Shown here piece after piece: positions 8,889-18,579 of a stretch of 64,000 nt of DNA. The stretch spans positions 576,001 to 640,000 of the forward strand of contig OZ243972.1 of assembly GCA_965214705.1 (NCBI GenBank), given 5' to 3'. The position numbers were made by a program, and so were the translations under genes. Below the pieces are notes generated by a model. The model searched no databases, was not told the origin of the DNA, and worked only from the letters and a program-made list of their open reading frames with translations. Numbering within the stretch: position 1 is the first letter of the stretch; the number at the start of each line of letters is the position of its first letter. Source of the DNA: Alphaproteobacteria bacterium. GTDB taxonomy: Bacteria; Pseudomonadota; Alphaproteobacteria; UBA828.

Positions 8889-10115
8889 TCAAAGCTCGTT
8901 CTTGTGGAAGCGGCCGTCCTTCATGATGACCGGGATGTGGCGGCCCTGCTCCTGAAGCAGTCCTAGGTCGCTCAGGGGGTCGCCCTCCACCACCAGGATG
9001 TCCGCCACCGCGCCCGGCGCGATAGTGCCGAGCTCGCCCGAGCGCTGCATCAGCGCGGCGTTGATCGAGGTTGCGGAGCGCAGGACCTCTACTGGCGCCA
9101 GCACCTGTCCCCGGATCAGGAACTCCTGGCTCTGCCGGTCGTGCAGCGGCCCGACGAGATCGGTGCCGAAGCCCATCGGCACGCCGGCGGCGCGGCAGAT
9201 GTCGAGCGAGCGCAGCCCGTCCTCGCCGAGGCCCTGGAGCTTCTCGGCAAAGATTTTGGGCAGCCCGAACTGGTCGCCGGACTCGATCATCGCGAAGAGC
9301 GTCACCAGGGTCGGCACCACGAAAGCGCCCGCCGCCGCCGCCTCCGCCGCCTCGGCGTCGATCAAGGTGCCGTGCTCGATCGAGCGCACGCCGAGCTCGG
9401 CGCAGCGGCGCACCGCACTCGCCGTGTGCGCGTGCGCCATCACATAGGTGCGCCGGGTTGCGGCTTCCTCCACGCCGACACGGATTTCCTCGTCGGAATA
9501 CTGGTCCATCCAGATGGGGTCGGTTGGCGAGAGCACGCCGCCCGAGACCATCATCTTGATCTGGTGGGCGCCCTTGCGGAGTTCCTCCCGCACCACCTGA
9601 CGCACGGCGTCGACCCCGTCCGCCACCTGGGTCAGCGGCCCGTGGTAGCCGGCGCAGCCGCAGGGCTCGAACCGGGTCTGCTTGCGCATGTCGCCGTGTC
9701 CGCCGGTCTGGCTCAGCCCGCGGCCCGCGAACAGGATGCGGGGGCCCGCGATCAGGCCGCGCTCCACGGCCAGCGCGAGGCCGAGGTCGGCGCCGCCCGC
9801 ATCGCGCACGGTGGTGAAGCCCCGCCTGAGTGCGCCTTCGAGATTGTGCCGCGCGTGCTGGTGGAGCAGCGAGGCCGGCATGTCGTCGAGGGCCGGGATG
9901 TTGAGGTCGACCAAGAGGGCGTGGAAGTGCGCGTCGATCAGCCCCGGCATCAGCGTGCGGCCGCCGCAGGCCACGCGCTCCGCATCGGCCGACACCCGCA
10001 CCGCGCCGTCGGCGACCTCCTTGATCCGGCCGTCCTCGACCACCACGGTCGCATTCTCGCGCGGCTCGGCCGAGACCCCGTCGAAAACCCGGCAGCCTTC
10101 AAAGACGATGGTCAC
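8889..10115 (-). CDS. Metal-dependent amidohydrolase family protein
   Basis: MPGLIDAHFH, GFTTVRDAGG, VMAHAH, SIEHG, FGTD, GAVADILVV. Confidence 0.9.
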   Translation of the reverse strand: MTIVFEGCRVFDGVSAEPRENATVVVEDGRIKEVADGAVRVSADAERVACGGRTLMPGLIDAHFHALLVDLNIPALDDMPASLLHQHARHNLEGALRRGFTTVRDAGGADLGLALAVERGLIAGPRILFAGRGLSQTGGHGDMRKQTRFEPCGCAGYHGPLTQVADGVDAVRQVVREELRKGAHQIKMMVSGGVLSPTDPIWMDQYSDEEIRVGVEEAATRRTYVMAHAHTASAVRRCAELGVRSIEHGTLIDAEAAEAAAAGAFVVPTLVTLFAMIESGDQFGLPKIFAEKLQGLGEDGLRSLDICRAAGVPMGFGTDLVGPLHDRQSQEFLIRGQVLAPVEVLRSATSINAALMQRSGELGTIAPGAVADILVVEGDPLSDLGLLQEQGRHIPVIMKDGRFHKNEL

Positions 10116-10142
10116 GGTGCTACCCCCAGCCCAATCTGCTGT

Positions 10143-11906
10143 CTACCAGGCGAGCCCGTAAGCCGGCCGCCGCGGGTCCGCCCCGCCCGAGAGCGTGCCC
10201 CGCGCGCCGTCCTTGACCAGCACGCACATGGCGCCGGCCGGCCAGGCCCACTCCGGCCACCACTCGACCCCGTGGCCCCAGGCGGCGAGGGTGTTGCCGG
10301 CCTCCTCGGAGATGCGCGCCTCCAGCATCAGCTTGCCCGGATGGTACTCGTGCGGCTCGAAGGAATTGGGAAAGCTCATGGTCGCAAGGCGCGGCGCTTC
10401 CACCGCGGCCTGCGGGTTCATGCCGTAGACCACGATGTTCACGAAGGTCTGCAGCATCGCCTGGATCTGAACGTCGCCGCCCGGCGTGCCGAAGGGCATG
10501 GCGAATCCGTCGTCACCTATGGCGAGCGCGGGGTTGGGTGTGAGCCGCGGCCGCTTGCCGGGTGCCACGCTCGAGGTGTGCGCCGGATCGGCCCAGGACT
10601 GCGCGCCCCGCGAGGAGGCGCAAAGTCCAGTGCCCGGTATCACCGGTGAATCGAAGGAGATATCGCTCGGCGTCGCCGAGAACACGTTGCCTTCGCTGTC
10701 GATGGTACAGACGTAGGAGGTATCGTGCGCGGCCTCGACCGGCCCCGCTGCGGCGGCGCCCACTGACGCCCGGCCCGCGTCCACCGCGACGCCAAGGGGA
10801 TCGCCCGCCGGCGGCATCTCGGGCCACGCTTCGCCGGGCCGGATGAGGGCGCGGCGGCGGGTGGCGTAATCGTCGGAAAGCAGCGCTTCAGTGGGCACGT
10901 CGACGAAGCGCGGGTCGCCGATCCAGCGCTCGCGGTCGGCGAAGGCCAGTTTCAGCGCCTCCGCCATCATGTGCAGCGTTTCCGGGCTGTTGTGGCCGTG
11001 CGCGGCCAGCGCCTTCGTGTCGAGCAGGCGGAGCGCCTGGAGCAGCGTCGGTCCCTGGCACCAGGGGCCGCAAGCATAGACGTCGATGCCCTCGATGGTG
11101 ACCCGCTCGGGCGGCTCCACCCCCACCCTGAAGGAGGCAAGGTCATCCGCCGTGAGCAGGCCGCCGTTCTCCCGATGGTAGTTCACGATGGCCTGGGCGA
11201 TATCGCCCCGGTAGAAGGCGGCGCGGGCGGCGTCGAGGCCGGCGGCGCGGTCGCCGCCGGCGGCGCGCTCCTCGTCCGCCATGTACTGGAGCGAGCGTCC
11301 GAGGTCGGCCTGCACGAAGACATCGCCCACGGCAGGCGGGCTGCCGCCGGGCAGATAGATCGCGGCGTTCGACTGCCAGCGGGCGTAGTTTTCCGCCTTC
11401 TTGGCGATGACGCTCGCCATCAGCGGGTACATCACGAAACCGTCCCGCGCGAGCCGGATCGAGGCCTCCGCCACCTCGCCGAAGGTCATGGTGCCGTGGC
11501 GTTCGAGCGCGGTGATCCAGGCGTCCGGCGCGCTCGGCACCACCGTGCGCAGCGGGCTCACCGGGATGTGCCCGTCGTGCTCGCGCACGAAGAGATCGGG
11601 AGTGATTGCGGCCGGCCAGGTGCCGAGGCCGCTGATGGTCTCCACCTGCCCGGTCTTCGCACTGTAGAGAATGATCGGGGCGACGCCCGCGACATTGACG
11701 AGGTCGCTGTGTACGACACCTAACGCGATGCCGGCTGCCACGCCCGCATCGATGGCGTTGCCGCCCGCTTCCAGGACCGCGAAGCCCGCTTCTGTGGCGA
11801 GGTAGTGCCCGGCGACGATTGCGTGCTTGTGGCCGCGGATCACCGGCCGCATGGCGTCGATCGCCTCCGGATCGAACAGTGCGTATTCGCTTCTGCGTTC
11901 GCTCAT
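10143..11906 (-). CDS. ggt: Gamma-glutamyltransferase family protein
   Basis: GGNAIDAGVA, LAFADRERWIGDP, HDTSYVCTID (Thr nucleophile), PGKRP, GTPGGD.Q, GGADPRR. Confidence 0.9.
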   Translation of the reverse strand: MSERRSEYALFDPEAIDAMRPVIRGHKHAIVAGHYLATEAGFAVLEAGGNAIDAGVAAGIALGVVHSDLVNVAGVAPIILYSAKTGQVETISGLGTWPAAITPDLFVREHDGHIPVSPLRTVVPSAPDAWITALERHGTMTFGEVAEASIRLARDGFVMYPLMASVIAKKAENYARWQSNAAIYLPGGSPPAVGDVFVQADLGRSLQYMADEERAAGGDRAAGLDAARAAFYRGDIAQAIVNYHRENGGLLTADDLASFRVGVEPPERVTIEGIDVYACGPWCQGPTLLQALRLLDTKALAAHGHNSPETLHMMAEALKLAFADRERWIGDPRFVDVPTEALLSDDYATRRRALIRPGEAWPEMPPAGDPLGVAVDAGRASVGAAAAGPVEAAHDTSYVCTIDSEGNVFSATPSDISFDSPVIPGTGLCASSRGAQSWADPAHTSSVAPGKRPRLTPNPALAIGDDGFAMPFGTPGGDVQIQAMLQTFVNIVVYGMNPQAAVEAPRLATMSFPNSFEPHEYHPGKLMLEARISEEAGNTLAAWGHGVEWWPEWAWPAGAMCVLVKDGARGTLSGGADPRRPAYGLAW

Positions 11907-11908
11907 GG

Positions 11909-13171
11909 CTACTCCTGGTTGGCGAGATCGACGAGGCAGGCGGCCAGCGTCTGGGCGCCCGCAGCAAGGTCGGCCGGCGTCGCGTTCTCCGCCTCGTTAT
12001 GGCTGACGCCCTTTTCGCAGGGCACGAAGATCATGCCCGTGGGGCAGAGGTGGTTGATGTGGCCCGCATCGTGGCCCGCGCCGGAGGGCATGCGCATGAC
12101 CGGATGGCCAAGAGTCTCGGCGTAGCGCTCCACCATGTCGATCAGCGTTGGATCGAACACGAGGGGTGCATGCTCCATGATTGACCGGACCGAGACCATG
12201 CAGCCCCTGGCGTGCGCCTCGCAGGTGGGCGCGATCTGCGCGCTAATGCGAGCGATCAGGTCCGGGTCGGGATGGCGGAAATCGATGGTGAAGTACGCGC
12301 GGCCCGGCACGGTGGCGGGCGAGCCGGGGTGACACTCGAAGCGGCCCACGGTGAAGCGCACCGTGTCGCTCTCGTCGGCCATCAGCTCTTCCAGCGCGGT
12401 CACCATGGCGACCGCCGCCTTGAGCGCGTCCCTGCGCACCCGGAGCGGGGTGGTGCCCGCGTGCGCCTCGGCGCCACTCACCTCCACAGTGAACCAACGG
12501 ATACCCTGGATCCCGGTCACTGCGCCGATGGTCAGGCCCTCGTTCTCGAGGCGCGGTCCCTGCTCGATGTGCGCCTCGACATAGGCCGCGAAGGGATGGC
12601 CGAAGGGGCGGTGCGACAGCCCCGGCGTGGATGCAAGCGTTTCGGTGAGCGCGTCCTCGAGTGTCACCCCCTGAAGGTCCACGAGGCCGAGCTGGTCTTC
12701 GAGCCTGAGCACACCGGAAAAGACGGCCGAGCCCATGGCGCCCGGCTGGAAACGCCCGCCCTCTTCGTTGGTCCAGGCGACGACGTCGATGGGCCGCGCG
12801 GTCTCGATCCCGGCCTGCGCGATGGCTTCGAGTGCCTCGAATCCGCCGATCACGCCATAGGAGCCGTCGAACTTGCCGCCCCGCGGCTGACTGTCGAGGT
12901 GGCTTCCTGTTACAACGGGCGCCGCATCCGCTTTGCGACCGGGGCGGCGGATGTAGAGGTTTGCAATGTCGTCGGTCGCGACCTCGAAGCCGAGATCGTC
13001 CGCCCACTCCACCATCAGGGCCCTGGCGCGCCGGTCCTCGTCGGAGAGTGCGGCGCGGTTGACCCCGCCGCGTTCGGTCGCGCCGATCTCCGCCATCGCC
13101 ATCTGGCGGGACCAGAGCCTGGCTTCGTCCACCGCTGCCGCAGCGGCTAGCGCCTCGGCCCTTGCATCCAT
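11909..13171 (-). CDS. M20 Zn-dependent hydrolase (N-carbamoyl-amino-acid/allantoate amidohydrolase family)
   Basis: GSHLDSQPRGGKFDG, WTNEEG.RF, EAHIEQGP, HAGTTP, SGAGHDA, GVSHN; start at MDARAE after GGAGG. Confidence 0.9.
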   Translation of the reverse strand: MDARAEALAAAAAVDEARLWSRQMAMAEIGATERGGVNRAALSDEDRRARALMVEWADDLGFEVATDDIANLYIRRPGRKADAAPVVTGSHLDSQPRGGKFDGSYGVIGGFEALEAIAQAGIETARPIDVVAWTNEEGGRFQPGAMGSAVFSGVLRLEDQLGLVDLQGVTLEDALTETLASTPGLSHRPFGHPFAAYVEAHIEQGPRLENEGLTIGAVTGIQGIRWFTVEVSGAEAHAGTTPLRVRRDALKAAVAMVTALEELMADESDTVRFTVGRFECHPGSPATVPGRAYFTIDFRHPDPDLIARISAQIAPTCEAHARGCMVSVRSIMEHAPLVFDPTLIDMVERYAETLGHPVMRMPSGAGHDAGHINHLCPTGMIFVPCEKGVSHNEAENATPADLAAGAQTLAACLVDLANQE

Positions 13172-13252
13172 CGCCCACCTCCCGCCGCGCACCGTAGAGC
13201 ATAGCGCTGTGCAAGCAAAGCTGGGGCGGGCCAACTAATAGATACGGCGAAC

Positions 13253-13346
13253 AAAGGGGCCGGGCCGAAGGCCCGGACGGCGCGACTGCGCCGCGCGCGA
13301 AGCGCGGAGCCAAGCGAGCGGAACGAGCGCCCGGCGTCTGAGGGAA
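13253..13346. repeat. Probable small palindromic dispersed repeat or structured intergenic element
   Basis: Nested hairpins CCGGGCC-GAA-GGCCCGG, GGCGC..GCGCC and CCGCGC..GCGCGG between two genes; only one copy in the window. Confidence 0.35.
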
Positions 13347-13352
13347 ATGAAA

Positions 13353-14015
13353 TTAACCTTTACGGCAGATGGTGAGGCCGTCGCCGATGGGCAGCATGAC
13401 CATGGTCACCCGCTCGTCGCCCTTGATCTTCTTGTTCAGGGCATCGACCACGGCGCCCGACTCCTGCCAGCGGTCGGGCTCCGCGATCCGGCCCATGTAG
13501 AACGTGTTGTCGAGCAGGATCAGGCCGCCGGGGCGCACGAGGGCGAGGCAGTGCTCATAGTAGATGTCGTAGCCCGACTTGTCGGCGTCGATGAAGGCGA
13601 AGTCGTATGCGCCCTCAAGGCCCTCGGCGCGCAGAGCCGCGAGGCTCTCTCGCGCATCGCCGAGGCGCAGCTCAATGCGCTCGGCAACGCCCGCCTCGGC
13701 CCAGAAGCGCAGCGCGATCTCGGCATAGTCTGCGTTGATATCGAGCGCCGTGAGCCGACTGTCCGCGCCCATGGCGTCTGCCACGACCAGCGCGCTGTAG
13801 CCGGTGAAGACGCCGATTTCGAGTGCGCGCGTGGCCCCGATCGACTGCGCCAATAATGCCATCAGCGCACCCTGCTCGGGCGAGATCTGCATCCGCCCCA
13901 TCTCGTGGCGGGCGGTTTCCTCGCGCAGGCGGCGCATCACCGCGCTCTCGCGCACGCCGTGGGCCAGCAGATAGTCGTGCAACGCGTCGGTGAGCGCGGT
14001 CGGGCGAGCGGACAT
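13353..14015 (-). CDS. Class I SAM-dependent O-methyltransferase (caffeoyl-CoA OMT-like)
   Basis: MQISPEQG, LEIGVFTGYS, DFAFIDADK, GGLILLDN, LPIGDGLT. Confidence 0.9.
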   Translation of the reverse strand: MSARPTALTDALHDYLLAHGVRESAVMRRLREETARHEMGRMQISPEQGALMALLAQSIGATRALEIGVFTGYSALVVADAMGADSRLTALDINADYAEIALRFWAEAGVAERIELRLGDARESLAALRAEGLEGAYDFAFIDADKSGYDIYYEHCLALVRPGGLILLDNTFYMGRIAEPDRWQESGAVVDALNKKIKGDERVTMVMLPIGDGLTICRKG

Positions 14016-14039
14016 GGCGTCTCCTGCAGGCGGCGGGTG

Positions 14040-15035
14040 TCAGCGCGCGGCGCGCCAGACGAGGCCGATCGCCTCGATCACGTCGAGGGTTCGCGCGACG
14101 TAGTGGTCGCGTACGGTGAAGCGGCTGTCGCCCTGCCCGGTCAACTCGCGCTCCAGGCAGTCGATCAGGCGCCTGAGGCGGCGCTGGTGCAGGCCCAGCC
14201 CACGCTGGATCGGGTCGGTGACCACGCCCGAGAACGCGGCGATCACCGCACCTGCCGCCAGGAGGCCGCCGGTGAGACCGATGCTGAGCGCGGCCGGCGC
14301 CGCGGCAGGGAAGACGCCGTACCAGAGCGCCCCGGCCCCGCTGCCCAGCGGGAAGCCCGCAATTGCCGCATGCTGCACCAGCATCTGGGCCGTCGCCGGG
14401 CCGAGCGACAACATCCCCGGCGTGAGTTTCTTGAAGGCCAGCGCGCCCACGCTGGCACTCACTGCCGCGGTAGTCAGGTCAGCCGCCGAAACCCGCGTCC
14501 CCTCGTAGGTGCTCACGGCGCCGGCGAGCCAGGCGCGGAACGCCTCCTGCTCGGCCGGCGACTGCAGGGTATCTTCGCTGCCGTGTGCAATGCGGGGATC
14601 GCACAGTATCTCCTCCGCCAGCGCGTCGCGTTCCGACACGCGCTCGCCCTGTCGGATGGGGAGCTCCAGAAGCTCGGTGAAGAGCCGCCATTCGAGCTCC
14701 CGCGCGACATCGGTCTGGAAGAAGTAGCGTCGGCTATCGAGCCAATCAGCCGCCGGCGCGAGGCCCGCGCGCCGCGCGAGCCCGGCGCTGACCCGCGCCG
14801 CAAGGTGGGGGGCGGAGAGAGCCAGGTTCGCCGGCGAGCGCGCCAGGTCCCAGCCGACCGCCCGGCGGTGGAGCCGGAGGCTGCCCGAGAGCGAGAAGGT
14901 GCGGTCCACGAAGTCGTCGATCTTCGCCCGCCGCGCGGCGCAGTAGCGCACCGCGGCCTCTTCGACGATCTGGCGCGCTTGCGCGTCGCCGTCGTCCGCC
15001 GGCGCTGCGGCAGGGGCGGCGGGAGTCCCGCTCAT
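14040..15035 (-). CDS. Conserved hypothetical protein (DUF6635-like)
   Basis: Operon-like spacing with the amidase and OMT genes; motifs LHRRAVGWDL.R.P.N and DP.Q..LG.H.RRL; family name recalled, not verified. Confidence 0.7.
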   Translation of the reverse strand: MSGTPAAPAAAPADDGDAQARQIVEEAAVRYCAARRAKIDDFVDRTFSLSGSLRLHRRAVGWDLARSPANLALSAPHLAARVSAGLARRAGLAPAADWLDSRRYFFQTDVARELEWRLFTELLELPIRQGERVSERDALAEEILCDPRIAHGSEDTLQSPAEQEAFRAWLAGAVSTYEGTRVSAADLTTAAVSASVGALAFKKLTPGMLSLGPATAQMLVQHAAIAGFPLGSGAGALWYGVFPAAAPAALSIGLTGGLLAAGAVIAAFSGVVTDPIQRGLGLHQRRLRRLIDCLERELTGQGDSRFTVRDHYVARTLDVIEAIGLVWRAAR

Positions 15036-15041
15036 GGGCCC

Positions 15042-16433
15042 CTATGTGGCGCCTGCGCCGCCCTCGTCAAGGCAGGGGGCGCGGCGGAGGTGCCAGTCCG
15101 TCACCTGCTGATAGGCGTGGCCGACCCGGAACAGCAGCGGCTCCGCCCCCCAGGCGGCCTCCAGCATCATGCCGATGGGCAGACCGTCCGAGGAGAAACC
15201 GCAAGGGACCGAAAGGCCCGGAATGGACGCGAGCGCGCCGCCGTAGGTGAAGCGCGTCGCATCCTGGGTGGCGCGGTGGAGGCTGCGGTCGTCGGCGATG
15301 GGCGGTGCCGGCCGGGGCGTGGTCGGCGCCAGCAGCACGTCGACCGCCTCGAATACTTGCGCCAGCGCGCGACGCCACGCCTCGCGCCCGCGTATGGCCT
15401 CGGCGTAGTCCACGGCGCTGAACTCGCGGCCCATGATCATACGCTCGTAGACCGGCTTGGAGAGCGCGCCGGGGCCGGCATCGAGCCGTTCCTTGTGGTA
15501 GGCGCAGGCATCGGCGTAGGCCATGATCGTGGTCCAGCGCTGGGCAGTCTCGGCGCCCGGCAGGGTCACGTCAACGAGTTGCGCGCCCAGGGCCTCCAAG
15601 GTGCGGGCTCCGGTCCGGACCGCGGCCTCGACTTCGGAGTCGACGTTCCCGAAGAAGAAGTTGCGCGCGAGCCCGATGCGCACGCCCTCGATCCCGTCGT
15701 CGAGCCGGGGCAGGAAGTTGTCAAGCGGCACGTCCCGCGAGACCGGATCGAGCGGGTCGTAGGCGGCGAGCGCGGCGAAGAGGCGTGCGACATCCGCCAC
15801 AGTGCGCGCCATAGGCCCGACGGTATCGTGCGCGACGCTGACAGGCGTGATGCCGCGGATCGAGATGCGTCCATGGGTGGGGCGCAGGCCGGCGACGCCG
15901 GTCATCGAGGCTGGAATTCGCACCGAGCCGCCAGTGTCGGTGCCGAGCGAGGCCTCGGCCATCTCAGCCGCGACGACGGCGCCGGAGCCGCCACTGGAAC
16001 CTCCCGGTATGCGCGCCGGGTTCCACGGGTTGCGGCATTGGCCGACCACCGGGTTGGTCGAGACCACGCCCCAGGCCAGCTCCTGCATGTTGGCCTTACC
16101 GATCAGCACGGCGCCCTGCGCCTTGAGCCGGCCGACCACCGGGGCATCGCTGTTGGGGATGTGATCGGCAAGGTAGGCGGCGGCGCTGGTGGTGCGCACG
16201 CCTGCGGTCTCGATATTGTCCTTGAGCGCGATGGGCAAGCCGTGCAGGAGGCCGAGCCAGCGCCCCTCGGCAGCGGCCCGGTCGCAGGCGTCGGCTTCCT
16301 CCCGCGCCCGCTCCGCCGTGGTCGTGATCATGGCGTTGAGCGCCGGATCGAGCTGCTCGATCCGCGCGAGGCATCGCTCGACCGCCTCCCGCGCGGCGCC
16401 CGGCGCGGGCCGGTCGGGTATCCCCTCGCTCAT
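15042..16433 (-). CDS. Amidase-signature family amidase
   Basis: LHGLPIALKD, PGGSSGGS, LGTDTGGSVRIPA (Lys-cisSer-Ser triad). Confidence 0.92.
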   Translation of the reverse strand: MSEGIPDRPAPGAAREAVERCLARIEQLDPALNAMITTTAERAREEADACDRAAAEGRWLGLLHGLPIALKDNIETAGVRTTSAAAYLADHIPNSDAPVVGRLKAQGAVLIGKANMQELAWGVVSTNPVVGQCRNPWNPARIPGGSSGGSGAVVAAEMAEASLGTDTGGSVRIPASMTGVAGLRPTHGRISIRGITPVSVAHDTVGPMARTVADVARLFAALAAYDPLDPVSRDVPLDNFLPRLDDGIEGVRIGLARNFFFGNVDSEVEAAVRTGARTLEALGAQLVDVTLPGAETAQRWTTIMAYADACAYHKERLDAGPGALSKPVYERMIMGREFSAVDYAEAIRGREAWRRALAQVFEAVDVLLAPTTPRPAPPIADDRSLHRATQDATRFTYGGALASIPGLSVPCGFSSDGLPIGMMLEAAWGAEPLLFRVGHAYQQVTDWHLRRAPCLDEGGAGAT

Positions 16434-16472
16434 GCTCGGGAGCTGCCTCTCGCCCGCGCGTGTCGCCGGCGC

Positions 16473-17477
16473 CTAATCGTCGCCATAGACCGCGATGCTG
16501 CGGATGGCGTAGTCGCCGCCGCTGTTGACCAGCGACAGGCCGCCGAATGGATCTTCAAGAGCGCTGCTCTTCACCCGGATAAGCTCTTCACCGTCGACGG
16601 ATGCGGTCATCGTCCCGTCGCCGTCGCGCACCAGAGTGACCGCGTGACTGCGGCTGTCCTCAAGGTTCACATCGTCGCGGGAATCGCCGATCACCTCCGC
16701 GCCGCGCCTGCTGAAGCGCGAGAGCACCAGCCCAGGATCGCTGCCAGGCAGATAGGAGAGGCGATAGCCTGAAGTGCCGGCCCTGCCCTGAAACAGGTCG
16801 ATCTCGAACTGAGCGTCCTTGTGCGTAATGCCCGACATCAGCTCCAGCTCGAGGGCGAAGGCGTTGGGAATGTCCGCTTCCAGGACGATCTCGGCGGGTT
16901 CGGGACCGGCCGGCCCGGTGTCCTCCTTCTCGTCCTCGTCGTCACCGCCAAAGAGGTCGTCGAGCTTCTTCTCGCCGCTCAGCAAGTCGCCGATCGTGTC
17001 CTTGCTCTTGTCAAAGAGTTCGCCGCCCTTGTCGAGCAGTTCATCCCCCTTGTCCCGGATGGTGTCGAGAGTAAGTCTCATTGCCTCCGCATCGGCCCCG
17101 CTCAGCGGAATCGTCGTGCGCAGGCCGAGCCTGCCATCGACCGAGAAGTCGCCGCTCACCACCTCCCAGCGAGGATCGTCCGTGTAATTGCCATCGGAAA
17201 AGTCGTCCCGTATCAGGGCCGTCCGAGGTCGGGAGTCAGCAACGTGCGTGGCGATCAGGTCCCGCAGGTCCTGGAGAAAACGCGGGTCAGCCGCCCGCGC
17301 ATCTTCGGCCTGGTCGATCAGCGCCTCGAGCTCCCGCGCGAGCGCCTCGAGCGCGGCGGGGTCCGCGGCCTCGGCGCCCTCCGGTTGCCATTCCGAATAG
17401 CGCGACCCGTCATCAGCGGCGGCTGGCACAGCCATCGCACTGGCGAGAAGGGCGGGGACGAGGAGCCTGCGCAGCAT
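16473..17477 (-). CDS. Hypothetical secreted protein (acidic, beta-rich C-terminal region)
   Basis: GGAGG RBS then signal peptide MLRRLLVPALLASAMAVPAAA. Confidence 0.75.
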   Translation of the reverse strand: MLRRLLVPALLASAMAVPAAADDGSRYSEWQPEGAEAADPAALEALARELEALIDQAEDARAADPRFLQDLRDLIATHVADSRPRTALIRDDFSDGNYTDDPRWEVVSGDFSVDGRLGLRTTIPLSGADAEAMRLTLDTIRDKGDELLDKGGELFDKSKDTIGDLLSGEKKLDDLFGGDDEDEKEDTGPAGPEPAEIVLEADIPNAFALELELMSGITHKDAQFEIDLFQGRAGTSGYRLSYLPGSDPGLVLSRFSRRGAEVIGDSRDDVNLEDSRSHAVTLVRDGDGTMTASVDGEELIRVKSSALEDPFGGLSLVNSGGDYAIRSIAVYGDD

Positions 17478-17654
17478 GGAACGCCTCCGGTCAGATTGCA
17501 TGGCCTCGATGCTCCGTGGTCTAGCCCGGATTTCCCGGCGTTGTCGAGCGACTGCGCCACGAATTGACCCAAATTCTCGCATTTCTTGACTCGTTGTGCT
17601 TTCGACGACGAGCCGGAAGGCGCTATAGTTCAGTCACCAGTAGGGAGGCGTGAC

Positions 17655-18554
17655 ATGAGGATCTTCAAGAGAAGCAGGGTCTCTTCGACAGGGCTCCGCC
17701 TCGCCGCAGTGGTGGGGCTCGCGGCGGTGCTTGGCGCGTGCCACGGAATGGAGCTCGAAGGCGTCAAGGATCTCGAGCCCCAGGGATCGGAATTCAACCA
17801 ACAGCTTTTCGCCGGCTACGTCGAGCTGTCGGCAAGAGAGCGCGCGGAGTACGACTTTCGGGATTCGGATCGCTTTGCACTGAGAGCGGCAGCGGCGGCG
17901 AGAGGCGATGACGTGAGGCCGACCGCCGTCGACGAGCGCCTGGTTGCAGCCGACAAGCAGGAAGAGCTCTCGAAGGCGAGAGGCAGACTCATGGCGGCGC
18001 TGTTTGGAAGCGCTAAAGGCAAGGCGCCCGCCATCGCCGCCAGCGCCCAGATCAGTTACGAATGTTGGTTGCAGGAGCAGGAGGAAGGGCACCAGCCGGA
18101 CGACATCTCGGATTGCCGCAACGCCTTCTATGGCCAGGTGATCGCCGCCGAGGTCGCAATACGGCCCGCGCCGCCCCCGCCGCCTGAGCCCGAGCCTGAG
18201 CCGGAACCCGAGCCGGTCTATGCGACCTATTACGTGGTGTTCTTCGACTTCGATAGTTCGGAGCTGTCGAACGCCGCGAAGCAGACGCTGGACGAGGCTA
18301 CCGAAGCGGCGCTGGCGATGCGGCCCTACAAGATCATCATTCGGGGCCATACCGACCGCGCCGGTCCAGACAAGTACAACTTGGGTCTTTCTGAGAGGCG
18401 CTCTCTCTCGGTGGCGGGTTACATGATCGACCAGGGCGCAGGTCGCTTCGTGATCGACGCCGAAGGCCTCGGTGAATCGGAGCCGATCGCCAAGACTGCC
18501 GACAACGTGCGTGACGGCCGCAACCGGCGGGTCGAGGTCACGCTGAGTGAGTGA
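17655..18554 (+). CDS. OmpA-family lipoprotein
   Basis: GGAGG RBS; lipobox LGAC; Pro/Glu linker; VFFDFDSS, GHTDRAG, YNLGLSERR, NRRVEV. Confidence 0.9.
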   Translation: MRIFKRSRVSSTGLRLAAVVGLAAVLGACHGMELEGVKDLEPQGSEFNQQLFAGYVELSARERAEYDFRDSDRFALRAAAAARGDDVRPTAVDERLVAADKQEELSKARGRLMAALFGSAKGKAPAIAASAQISYECWLQEQEEGHQPDDISDCRNAFYGQVIAAEVAIRPAPPPPPEPEPEPEPEPVYATYYVVFFDFDSSELSNAAKQTLDEATEAALAMRPYKIIIRGHTDRAGPDKYNLGLSERRSLSVAGYMIDQGAGRFVIDAEGLGESEPIAKTADNVRDGRNRRVEVTLSE

Positions 18555-18579
18555 TGGCGACGAGAGGCCGTAGAGGTCT

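Noticed and set aside
13905-16772. 955-aa plus-strand ORF, and similar long ORFs such as 23868-26321, 19700-21619, 42344-44329 and 47911-49488
   Set aside because: Antisense shadows of well-supported genes in high-GC DNA; no motifs.
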